Shown: positions 39,526-47,668 of the stretch, one piece after another
Layout of the letters: every line of letters begins with the position of its first letter
How positions within the stretch are numbered: position 1 is the first letter of the stretch
Assembly: GCA_963675595.2 (NCBI GenBank)
Contig: CAXXLZ010000001.1
Coordinates: forward strand, 544,001-608,000
Origin: Thermodesulfobacteriota bacterium
GTDB taxonomy: Bacteria > Desulfobacterota > Desulfarculia > JACQYL01
Direction of reading: 5' to 3'
Length of the DNA stretch: 64,000 bases
The notes under the pieces: model-generated
Seen by the model: only the letters and a program-made list of their open reading frames with translations
The model's database searches: none
Told to the model about the DNA's origin: nothing
Made by a program: the position numbers and the translations under genes

Positions 39526-40587
39526 ATGGCGAAACAGCTACTCATTGATGCGTACCACGGAAAGAAGACCAAGGGTGTTCCGTGGGTGCCCTATGCCGGG
39601 GTTCATTGCGCATTCGTCATCGGGGAACCCGGTGACAAGTACATGCAGGACCCCGAGCTCCTGGCCAAGGGCGTGGTGGAGACGGCCAAGCTGTACAAGG
39701 CGGACGGAATTCCGTTGGTCTTCGACCTTTCCGTTGAGGCCACTTCCATGGGTTGCGGCATCAAATGGTGGCCGGATAACGTGCCCAGCGTAACGACGCA
39801 CCCCGCCGCCGGCTGCAGCGTAGCGGAAGCCGGACTGAAGATTCCCGGTCCCACCGACGGTCGCTGGCCCGTCCTCATCGAAGCGGCCAAGATCGCCAAA
39901 CCTCAACTGGACGAACTGGATTGCGCACTGATGGGCCTGCTTTGCGGGCCTCTCACCTTGGCCGCCCATCTCAAAGGCGTCAAAGTGTTTACGGATGTCT
40001 ACAAAGACAAAGCGGCCGCGCATGACGTAATCTCGTTCTCAGGCAAGGTGGCAGCCAAATCCGCCGAGATCTACGCCGACATGGGATGCGACATCATCGC
40101 CATCGTCGATCCCGTGGCTTCGCAGATCAAAGATGAAACCTTCCAAGAATTCGTAACCCCCAATTGCCAAGAAGCCATCAAAGTGATCCACGAACACGGA
40201 AAGACCTCCTCTTTCTTCATTTGTGGAGACGCCACCAAGGTGATGAAGTCCGTGGCTACCCTCGGGACCCATGGATTCGCCATCGACGAGCAGTTAAACA
40301 TGAACTTTGTCCGCGACATCGCTCTGAAATACGGCGTTGGATTCGGCGGCAACTTGAAGCTCACCCTGGCTCTTTCCCTGGGTCTGCTTTCTCCTCGTGA
40401 AGACGCCATTGTGAGTCTGGCCGCGGGAGGGTGCCACGGCTACACCTTCGCCCCTGGGTGAGACATGCCTTACGATGTTCCGGTGGAACATATGCAGCAG
40501 GCCATGGAGGCGAGAGACTGGTACTACGAATACTACGCCGCCTATCCCGATGATCCCGATATCGCGAAGACCTTCAAGGTCGCGTAA
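39526..40587 (+). CDS. Putative selenocysteine-containing UroD/MtaA-family methyltransferase (353 aa, Sec at UGA 40459-40461)
   Basis: The ORF track stops at ...TFAPG*, but the frame continues DMPYDVPVEHMQQAME... to TAA 40585-40587; the UGA aligns with the PGCD/SGCE Cys of the paralogues; SECIS-like hairpin follows. Confidence 0.85.
40462..40494 (+). promoter_or_regulatory. Bacterial SECIS-like hairpin
   Basis: ATGTTCC(40475-81)-GGT-GGAACAT(40485-91) perfect 7-bp stem; apical G about 21 nt after the UGA. Confidence 0.7.
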
Positions 40588-40598
40588 GGAGGTTGGAT

Positions 40599-40985
40599 AT
40601 GGCAACCATCAACATCGATATCCTCACACTGGACAGCGTTCAATGCGCGGCGTGCGGATATATGACGGAGGCCATCGCGGCCCTGCCGGATGACGTCCAG
40701 CAGCTGATTCAGTACAAGGAATGGTCGATCAAGCAGAAGGAGGGCATCGGTAAGTTCCTCGAGCTGAAGGGGAAGGTGCTTCCCACCATCTGTATCCAGG
40801 GTGACCTGGTATTTGAGAGTATCATTCCCCAATACGAGGAATTGATCGACGAAATGGCCAAAAGGGCTCCCAGCCCGGAGGTCGCCGATCGGCTCAAATC
40901 TCTCAGAGAGAAGGGCTTCGACTTCGAAAAAATCCAGGAGAACCTGGCGAAAGCCGGTGCGGGGCAGAACACCAGAGCGAATTAG
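40599..40985 (+). CDS. Thioredoxin-fold protein (CAAC)
   Basis: IDILTLDSVQCAACGYM, cis-Pro-like LPTICI.G..VF...IP; AAGGAGG RBS overlaps the upstream TAA. Confidence 0.85.
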   Translation: MATINIDILTLDSVQCAACGYMTEAIAALPDDVQQLIQYKEWSIKQKEGIGKFLELKGKVLPTICIQGDLVFESIIPQYEELIDEMAKRAPSPEVADRLKSLREKGFDFEKIQENLAKAGAGQNTRAN

Positions 40986-41018
40986 CCCCGCTCCCCCGGC
41001 TTCTAGCCGAAACGATTT

Positions 41019-41051
41019 CCATAACCGCCGGGTGCTTCCCGGCGGTTATGG
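41019..41051. terminator. Strong intergenic hairpin (terminator or mRNA-stabilising stem)
   Basis: CCATAACCGCCGGG/CCCGGCGGTTATGG perfect 14-bp stem; only a weak U-tail. Confidence 0.5.
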
Positions 41052-41234
41052 GATTTCGCCCCTCCGATCCTCGATAAGCGTTTTATTCGCCGAGAACGGG
41101 AACCCGGATTTTTGAACAGATGAGTTCCCGCGAGGTTGGGGGCGAGGGAATTGTCTGCGTGAAGCAGGGGAGACGAAACGCGCATCAAACGGGGATCTTT
41201 TCCCGGCAACTATTTAAGATGAGTCAGGAAAGGG

Positions 41235-41585
41235 GTGTTCTTCAGGTTGCCTAAAATCCATTTGGAGATCATCTATCAGGGAGAGCATTGCCCACAGTGT
41301 TTTTACATGCTCGAGGCCGTTGAGACGGTGGCGCCCAAGTTTGGGGACCGTATCAGCTATGAACTCATCGAGTACACCAAAAACAAAGCTCACGCCCGTC
41401 GTTTCTATGAACTTTCCGTTTCCCTCCATGGCGAAAAAGCGGTTCGAGGGCTGGTCAGGGTAGCGCCGATACCCTCCATATTCATCGGCGGCAAACTGGT
41501 TTTCGATTGTATTCCGCCCTTGGATGAACTCGAAGAGACTCTCGCCGGGCATCTGGCCTTGGCCGAGGGGCAGGCTTCGGAGTGA
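41235..41585 (+). CDS. Thioredoxin-fold protein (CPQC)
   Basis: LEIIYQGEHCPQCFYM, APIPSIFIGGKLVF; start could be TTG 41247. Confidence 0.8.
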   Translation: MFFRLPKIHLEIIYQGEHCPQCFYMLEAVETVAPKFGDRISYELIEYTKNKAHARRFYELSVSLHGEKAVRGLVRVAPIPSIFIGGKLVFDCIPPLDELEETLAGHLALAEGQASE

Positions 41586-41591
41586 ATTCCC

Positions 41592-41876
41592 ATGGCCAAA
41601 GTTCGATTGGAGGTCGTTTACGAGGGGGACCATTGTATTCCGTGCGTCTACATGGCGAGACTCGTAGAGGAAGTGGTCCCGCGTTTCGGTGAAAAGGTGA
41701 CTTGGGAGAAAATCGTGCTGCGGGACAAGGCAGGCGCCAAACGGTTTCATGAGCTGTCCGTTGCCATGGGCAGACCGGCTCCCATACCCTCCATCTTTAT
41801 TGACGGAGAACTACGATTTTCCATAACACCGGCGGCCGAGGACCTGGAAGCCGCCTTACGTGAGTGCTTGGACTGA
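41592..41876 (+). CDS. Thioredoxin-fold protein (CIPC)
   Basis: LEVVYEGDHCIPCVYM, APIPSIFIDGEL.F; paralogue of the upstream gene. Confidence 0.82.
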   Translation: MAKVRLEVVYEGDHCIPCVYMARLVEEVVPRFGEKVTWEKIVLRDKAGAKRFHELSVAMGRPAPIPSIFIDGELRFSITPAAEDLEAALRECLD

Positions 41877-41900
41877 GTTGCGTGTCCATGGTTCGGATGC

Positions 41901-42830
41901 ATGTACATTTTTAAGACTACATCCGTATGTGCGCGGGAGATTCACTTCGAACTTGATGGAGAAGTGATCCGATGGGTCCGCTTTGTGGGTGGCGGGTGTC
42001 CGGGAAACGCGGATGCGGTGGCGCGACTGCTGGAGGGCAAGACCCTTGATAGCGTGATCCCGATGCTTCGGGGGATCCCCTGCAGGGAAGGCACCTCGTG
42101 CCCAGATCAGCTGGTGCGTGCTTTTGAGTCGGTCCGGGCCGGGACAATGGCTCCCGCTCCCGCGATTCCCGTGGAGTCGGAGACCGAACCGTTGTGCCGG
42201 GTCGCCGTTGTGGCCGACGTCAATGGGAACCTCCGCGCGTTGGAGCGCTTCGCGGGTGTTTTTGAAACCGAAGATGTGCAGGCCGTGTATTGTTTGGGAA
42301 ATCTTGTTGCTCGCGGTATGGATAACGACTCTGTGGTCGGGTGGGTCCGGAAAAGCGGGTGGAGGTGTCTTCAAGGTTCTCTGGACCGGGCGTCCGCTCA
42401 CTTGTGCTCCGGAAACGCGAACGACGATAACGTACCTGTTCTCGAACCCAGAAACCGGGACTTCCTGGTAACCCTCCCACTGATGCGAACCTTTTTGATG
42501 GACACTCGAAAGGTTTTGGCATTTTACGATGGATTCATTCAGGATCTCGAAGGGTTCTCGGACTATGCGCCTTTTTCCACCGAGATCATTCAGGTCTGTG
42601 ATCTCAGTGAATACTTGAGCGACGAAAGCGTGTTTCCCGCTTTGGAGGCTATGACCGGGCAGTTTTCCTCGGATGTGGTGCTTTTCGGACACACCGGGAA
42701 AAACAAACACGTACGGTTGGGAGAGGTGGACTTCGTCAATGTAGGAGCGCTTTCGCTCAGCTCGTCCGGCACCTATACCTTGTTGACCCTCGATAATGGA
42801 AAACTCGTAGTGGAATTCAAACGCATTTGA
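41901..42830 (+). CDS. TSCPD-domain (TIGR03905-like) protein fused to a degenerate calcineurin-like metallophosphoesterase domain
   Basis: N-terminus VCA..I.F.....V.F.GGGCPGN...GI.C...TSCPDQL; C-terminus ADVNGN, CLGNLV, FGHTG, VNVGA. Confidence 0.75.
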   Translation: MYIFKTTSVCAREIHFELDGEVIRWVRFVGGGCPGNADAVARLLEGKTLDSVIPMLRGIPCREGTSCPDQLVRAFESVRAGTMAPAPAIPVESETEPLCRVAVVADVNGNLRALERFAGVFETEDVQAVYCLGNLVARGMDNDSVVGWVRKSGWRCLQGSLDRASAHLCSGNANDDNVPVLEPRNRDFLVTLPLMRTFLMDTRKVLAFYDGFIQDLEGFSDYAPFSTEIIQVCDLSEYLSDESVFPALEAMTGQFSSDVVLFGHTGKNKHVRLGEVDFVNVGALSLSSSGTYTLLTLDNGKLVVEFKRI

Positions 42831-42871
42831 GTTGAGAGGTCGCCAAGAGCGGGTTGTATTAGGAGGATCAG

Positions 42872-43150
42872 ATGGCAAGAGTGACAGTGGACGTGCTGCT
42901 GACGGATTTCAGGCAGTGACTGGCCTGCGTCTACATGGCGGAATCGGTAAAGGCTTTACCGAATGAGATACAAGACCTGATCGAAGTAAGAGAGTGGGAC
43001 ATGCGCACAAGGGAGGGAGTGGTCAGGTTCAAGCAATTGAAGGCGAAATCTCTTCCCAGCGTTGCCCTCAACGACGAACTCGTGTTCGAAGCCAATATCC
43101 CTCCTCAGGAAGACCTGATTCAGGCAATTAGGGACCGATACGTCGGATGA
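42872..43150 (+). CDS. Putative selenoprotein, thioredoxin fold with U-x-x-C (92 aa, Sec at UGA 42917-42919)
   Basis: AGGAGG RBS, ATG 42872, MARVTVDVLLTDFRQ-U-LACVYMAESV...; colinear with the CAAC paralogue at 40599; SECIS-like hairpin downstream. Confidence 0.88.
42920..42965 (+). promoter_or_regulatory. Bacterial SECIS-like hairpin
   Basis: TCGGTAAA(42944-51)-GGC-TTTACCGA(42955-62) perfect 8-bp stem; apical G 33 nt after the UGA. Confidence 0.65.
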
Positions 43151-43515
43151 AAGGGGGAAGGTGCGCGGGCATGCGCGCTGCTTTTCACAAGTGTCTTTGC
43201 GTTTCATCACGGAAGGAAGGCGTCGCGAACGGTGCTCTGCCGTACCGGCGATGCCGGAGACGGTTTCTGGAAGGCGGACGACACCCGTGAGGCTTGAGAA
43301 TGCTCTTTGGTGCGGTCGTACCGGCCCGGTCGGCTTTTACGCTGCGGGTGGTTGGAACGGCCCGGAGAGGACGGTGGGGGCTCTTGGCGAATCCTCCGCA
43401 TGCCGAATTCGTCGATTCGGAGTCAAACGAAATTTCGTAACCGGACTTTAGCTTGAAATACAGGGAGTGCCGGGGGAATCCATACGACGGCTGTTTTCCC
43501 CTCGCGAAGGTCTAC

Positions 43516-44499
43516 ATGCTTTTTCTAGAAGAATTCAAAGCGCATGGATTCAAGTCTTATGCGGAGGAAGTCACCGCTTCATTCAATCCCGGGATCGGAG
43601 TGATCATCGGGAACAACGGGGTGGGAAAATCCAACATTCTTGACGCCATCACTTGGGCGTTGGGAGAGGACGATCTTGGGAAACTCAGATGCTACTCCAC
43701 GGAGGACTTGTTCTACACGGGGGGGAAGGACCATCCACGTGCGGAAGAAGTCCGGGTGGAACTGCGTTTCAAAAAGGGACCCGATAAGAACGATGAAAGT
43801 TTCGTGACCTCGCGTTGTCTGGACCGATCCGGAATCGAATCCTATTTCATCGAGGGAGATCGACTTTCCAAGGACGCCTACCGAGAGCGCCTTTTTGAGT
43901 TTGGGCTCGGGGATGCCCTCAAGTCCCTGGTGAGGCAGGAGGAACTCAACGACTTCCTGCAACTGCACCCCTGTGATCGTCTGGAGTACTTTCGGTTCTT
44001 TGTTGAATCATCGGCGGAAGAATCGGACAATGGCGCGGGGATTGAGGCCTTCGACGCCGAGTTTCGCAGACTTTACAGGGGCATGATGGCACGAGGTGAT
44101 GGGCGTGTTTTCATTGATCGGTTCAACGGTCGCTCAGGACTCGAAATAGAGGTGACTTTTCCCGACAAAGGGACCAAGAAGGCACGGTTCCTCTCGGGAG
44201 GTGAGAAAACCGTGGCGTCGCTTGCGGCGAAGCTTGCGCTGTTCGGCAGGCTGCAGTCTCCCTTCTACCTGCTCGACGAGGTGGAACCCTCTCTGGATTG
44301 GACGAACCATCGGAACATGTCCAATTTACTGAAGGACTTGGCAAAACGACGGCAACTGATCATGATCACCCATCTCAGGAGCACCATCGAGGTGGCCGAC
44401 ACGGTTCACGGGGTAAGAACCCAGTTTGACGGCAGCTCGTTTATGAAGTTCCATTTCGTCATGGATAAGAGGTTACTCCGCCTCTACAAATGCTGTTGA
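43516..44499 (+). CDS. SMC-head-like ABC ATPase lacking long coiled coils/hinge, C-terminal Cys-Cys
   Basis: GFKSY, GNNGVGKSNILDAI, Q-loop VRQ, LSGGEK, FYLLDEVE..LD, ITH; about 327 aa. Confidence 0.82.
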   Translation: MLFLEEFKAHGFKSYAEEVTASFNPGIGVIIGNNGVGKSNILDAITWALGEDDLGKLRCYSTEDLFYTGGKDHPRAEEVRVELRFKKGPDKNDESFVTSRCLDRSGIESYFIEGDRLSKDAYRERLFEFGLGDALKSLVRQEELNDFLQLHPCDRLEYFRFFVESSAEESDNGAGIEAFDAEFRRLYRGMMARGDGRVFIDRFNGRSGLEIEVTFPDKGTKKARFLSGGEKTVASLAAKLALFGRLQSPFYLLDEVEPSLDWTNHRNMSNLLKDLAKRRQLIMITHLRSTIEVADTVHGVRTQFDGSSFMKFHFVMDKRLLRLYKCC

Positions 44500-44538
44500 T
44501 AATCCTTGGGCATTGACTTTGTGGTGCGTAGGAAGGTT

Positions 44539-44844
44539 ATGATGGATTCGGAGAAGGCACTGGACGTCCTGAGTAACATTATTTTCGACAATGCGCTTCC
44601 TCATACGGTCTACATGTTGGTGGGCGTCCGGTGTCCTTATTGTGGAAAGTCCGATCGAATACGACCATTGGAGTCGCCCGGCGAGGTATCCGGCCTGTCC
44701 GAATCGGAGTTCAGGCTTTACCGGGACGCATGGGACGCTTTGACGACGGATGACGGAACGTTGGGGGTCTGCTTTTTCTGTCGTCAGGTGATCGGCCTGG
44801 ACGTCGACTTGTCCCGTGCGGGTGCACTCACGGAACTGGAGTGA
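44539..44844 (+). CDS. Small zinc-finger-like protein (2x CxxC)
   Basis: CPYC...CFFC; AGGAAGG RBS; operon position. Confidence 0.7.
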   Translation: MMDSEKALDVLSNIIFDNALPHTVYMLVGVRCPYCGKSDRIRPLESPGEVSGLSESEFRLYRDAWDALTTDDGTLGVCFFCRQVIGLDVDLSRAGALTELE

Positions 44845-44857
44845 GGAGTAGGAATTC

Positions 44858-45931
44858 ATGACGCAACCATCGTCGATTGCAGGCTCGGCCAAAGCCAAGG
44901 TGGTACTGCTGGCGGGGTTTCTGGGGGCGGGAAAGACCACGCTGTTGAAGCGAATCTTATCCTGGGAGGGCGACCTTTCGGACACCGTTGTGCTGGTGAA
45001 TGAGTTCGGCGACGTGGGCATCGACGGAGCTCTGCTTCAGCAAGCGGGTTCCGACGTGATCGAACTGACCAGCGGCTGCATTTGCTGCACGCTGGCGGCC
45101 GACTTAATCCAGAGTCTGAAAGGCATCGCGGAGCGTTTCAATCCGAAACGAATCATGATCGAAGCCACGGGTGTTGCAGATCCCACTTCCATTACGGCCG
45201 TGCTGGATCAGCCTTTCATCAGGGATGTAATGGAGCATCAATCCACGCTGACCGTTCTTGACGCCGATTTCTGGGAGGCGAGGGAAAACTTCGGGCCGCT
45301 GTTTTATCGTCAGTTGAGCGAGGGGGATCTGATTCTTCTCAACAAGATCGACTTGCTCGAACCGGAACAGGTCCCCGTGTTCCTAAAGGAGATTCATCAA
45401 GAGTTTCCCGGTAGTAGGGTAGTGCCTACGGTGCACTGCGCAGTGGACCCGGACACTTTGTGGAATGTGCGATCCAAACGACACGGCGGAACCGAGTTGG
45501 CTCCTTTTTTCCCCACGCTCTCCGTCGAGCAAGGCGATGAGCAGGGAACCGCCGAACACCACCCACATCATCATAGTGATCATCATCACCATGGGCACGA
45601 TCACCACCATGGGCACGATCACCACCATGACTGCGAGTCCCATGCGGGGATTCAGGCCCCGGAGGCGGGATATGTCAGCTTCTATTTTCGGGACGACCGG
45701 CCCTTGGACGAAAGCCTTTTCGCGAGTTTCCTGGCGGAATTACCTTGGGAGGTGTTTCGGGTGAAAGGTCCGGTACGTTTCCCCGACAAGACCTTGTTGG
45801 TGAATTTCGTCGGAGGCAAGGCCGAATGGATCGACTGGGAGGACGTGGGCACAAGCCTTGCCTTTGTCGCTTGGAAAGTGGACTCCCGGGAGATTCTTTC
45901 AAAGCTGGAACGGTGTTTTGCCCCTTCTTGA
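44858..45931 (+). CDS. COG0523/CobW family metallochaperone GTPase with His-rich loop
   Basis: GFLGAGKTT, NEFG, GCICC, EATG, NKID, poly-His tract, R.KG in CobW_C. Confidence 0.92.
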   Translation: MTQPSSIAGSAKAKVVLLAGFLGAGKTTLLKRILSWEGDLSDTVVLVNEFGDVGIDGALLQQAGSDVIELTSGCICCTLAADLIQSLKGIAERFNPKRIMIEATGVADPTSITAVLDQPFIRDVMEHQSTLTVLDADFWEARENFGPLFYRQLSEGDLILLNKIDLLEPEQVPVFLKEIHQEFPGSRVVPTVHCAVDPDTLWNVRSKRHGGTELAPFFPTLSVEQGDEQGTAEHHPHHHSDHHHHGHDHHHGHDHHHDCESHAGIQAPEAGYVSFYFRDDRPLDESLFASFLAELPWEVFRVKGPVRFPDKTLLVNFVGGKAEWIDWEDVGTSLAFVAWKVDSREILSKLERCFAPS

Positions 45932-45973
45932 AGGACTGAGGACCGACAATTACCGTCCAGGGAGGAAGAGAAG

Positions 45974-46219
45974 ATGAAAATCCAGGTATTAGGCCCAGGC
46001 TGCAAGAGATGCAATCAACTTTACGACAATGTCGTTGAAGCGGTGAAGAGCCTGAATCTCGCCGACCGGGCAGAGATTGTCAAAGTGGGAGACTTGGACG
46101 TTTTTGCAAAATACGGCGTGTTCACCACGCCCGGTCTGGTCATCGACGAGCAGGTCATATCCGTGGGTAAGCTATTGACCGTTCAGGAAATTGAAAAAGA
46201 GATCAAAGCGAGGATCTAA
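45974..46219 (+). CDS. Small redox-active disulfide protein (MTH895/TIGR00412-like)
   Basis: MKIQVLGPGCKRC, YGV..TPGLVIDE. Confidence 0.88.
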   Translation: MKIQVLGPGCKRCNQLYDNVVEAVKSLNLADRAEIVKVGDLDVFAKYGVFTTPGLVIDEQVISVGKLLTVQEIEKEIKARI

Positions 46220-46221
46220 TC

Positions 46222-47229
46222 ATGGCGGGAAAGACGTTCGTCTTTCTGATCACCGGCTTTTTGGGATCGGGGAAGACCACATTTCTCAACCGGGTTATCC
46301 GCCAATTCCCGGGAGATCGCAAGCTGATGATCCTGATGAATGAATTCGGCGAGGTCGACGTGGACGGTACGCTGGTCGAGGGTGAGGACCTCGATATGGT
46401 GGAGATCAGCAAAGGTTCCATCTTCTGTGCCTGTGTTAAGACCGATTTCGTCAAGGCGCTGAATTCCATCGCCCAGACCATCCGTCCCGACGTGCTGCTC
46501 ATCGAATCCACGGGCGTGGCCAACCCATCCGACTTGAAGAGAGATCTGAGACTATCGATTTTTAAGGATCGATTCCAATTTCAAGAGCAGTTCTGCATGA
46601 TCGACGCCGGTCACTTCCTGGACGCCTACGGTGCCTACCAGTCCATTGAGAAGCAGTTGGCTTCGTCCACGGTTTTCTTGATCAACAAGACGGATACCGC
46701 CGATGGGGGAACCATCGCTCGGATCAAAGAGGTGGTTCGGGAGCACCATCCGGACCCCGTGTTTCACGAAACGACTTTCGCCGAAGTCGATGTAAGTCAT
46801 CTTCTCTTGCCCGGAGAAACCGAGGAAGCGTTCTCGGAAGAGGGACCGGATACACCCATGACTCCGGAAGAACTGGACAGCTACTGTGAAAAATTGTTAG
46901 AAGATCCTGAAGCGCAGGTGACCCCTCCGGACCGTCTTCTTTCCGCGGTGTACCGGTGGGAAGGCGAAAGTATTGATGCCTTCAAGAAAACGGCCGGCAA
47001 TCTTCCTAAAGGGATTGTGCGTTCCAAGGGGTTCCTGGTGGATGGCGAGGAAACGGTCCTGTTCAGTTATGTTCTGGGGGACTGGAAGTTGATGCCGCGA
47101 CAGGTTCCCGACGGAAGGGCGGGGCAGAAAAACCTGATCGTGTTTATCGGTTCCCCGGAGTCCATGGCGGAGCTTGCCGAAAGAGCCTCGGAGGCGAATC
47201 TTTCGCCGGCGCCCAAGAACGAAGCATGA
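46222..47229 (+). CDS. COG0523/CobW-like GTPase (GSIFCAC variant)
   Basis: GFLGSGKTT, NEFG, GSIFCAC, ESTG, NKTD, RSKGF. Confidence 0.88.
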   Translation: MAGKTFVFLITGFLGSGKTTFLNRVIRQFPGDRKLMILMNEFGEVDVDGTLVEGEDLDMVEISKGSIFCACVKTDFVKALNSIAQTIRPDVLLIESTGVANPSDLKRDLRLSIFKDRFQFQEQFCMIDAGHFLDAYGAYQSIEKQLASSTVFLINKTDTADGGTIARIKEVVREHHPDPVFHETTFAEVDVSHLLLPGETEEAFSEEGPDTPMTPEELDSYCEKLLEDPEAQVTPPDRLLSAVYRWEGESIDAFKKTAGNLPKGIVRSKGFLVDGEETVLFSYVLGDWKLMPRQVPDGRAGQKNLIVFIGSPESMAELAERASEANLSPAPKNEA

Positions 47230-47266
47230 CCACTCAAAGCGTCCCAAAACGGAACTGGAGAACGGA

Positions 47267-47566
47267 ATGATTACGGTGATTGCTACGCTGGAAGCCAAAG
47301 AAGGAAAGGAAGAAGCTCTGGAGAAGGCCCTGTCGCAGATCATTGAGCCCACGAGAAAAGAGGGCGGTTGCATCAACTACGATTTGCACCGCACATTGGA
47401 CAACCCGAAGGTGTTCGTGTTCTATGAAAATTGGACGGGTCGCGCCGAGCTGGACGCCCATTTGAGCGCCCCTCATATGGTGGATTTCATCGGCAAGGCG
47501 AAGGAGCTTCTCGCGCGGCCTTTGGATGTCTCTTTGCTCGAAATGCTCTCCGAACCCGCCTCATAA
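47267..47566 (+). CDS. Antibiotic biosynthesis monooxygenase (putative quinol monooxygenase) family protein
   Basis: ITVIA.L.AK.G, TRKEGGCINYDLH, F.FYENW....LDAH...PH. Confidence 0.85.
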   Translation: MITVIATLEAKEGKEEALEKALSQIIEPTRKEGGCINYDLHRTLDNPKVFVFYENWTGRAELDAHLSAPHMVDFIGKAKELLARPLDVSLLEMLSEPAS

Positions 47567-47584
47567 TCACGCCGACTGATCCAC

Positions 47585-47630
47585 GCCCTCGTCGCCTTCC
47601 GGTACACGCCGCGACGGGGGCCGAGTTTTT
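47585..47630 (+). terminator. Possible terminator at the end of the selenoprotein operon
   Basis: GCCCTCGTCGC/GCGACGGGGGC stem followed by a short T-run. Confidence 0.4.
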
Positions 47631-47668
47631 GTCCCGTATTTTGAGTTCACCGCATCAAGCGTAATAGA

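Noticed and set aside
39526-40461. Methyltransferase as a truncated pseudogene
   Set aside because: The downstream frame is intact, ends at the next gene's RBS, and the UGA is Cys-aligned with a SECIS-like stem; recoding is the better explanation.
41583-41594. In-frame TGA-ATT-CCC-ATG that could fuse the CPQC and CIPC thioredoxins by readthrough
   Set aside because: The UGA is in a linker, not at a Cys-aligned position, and no clear SECIS hairpin follows; treated as a normal stop.
44491-44540. Terminal Sec (CCU) in the mini-SMC protein
   Set aside because: Only a weak hairpin with a non-G loop downstream; TGA-TAA is equally explained as a double stop. Not called, left as a check.
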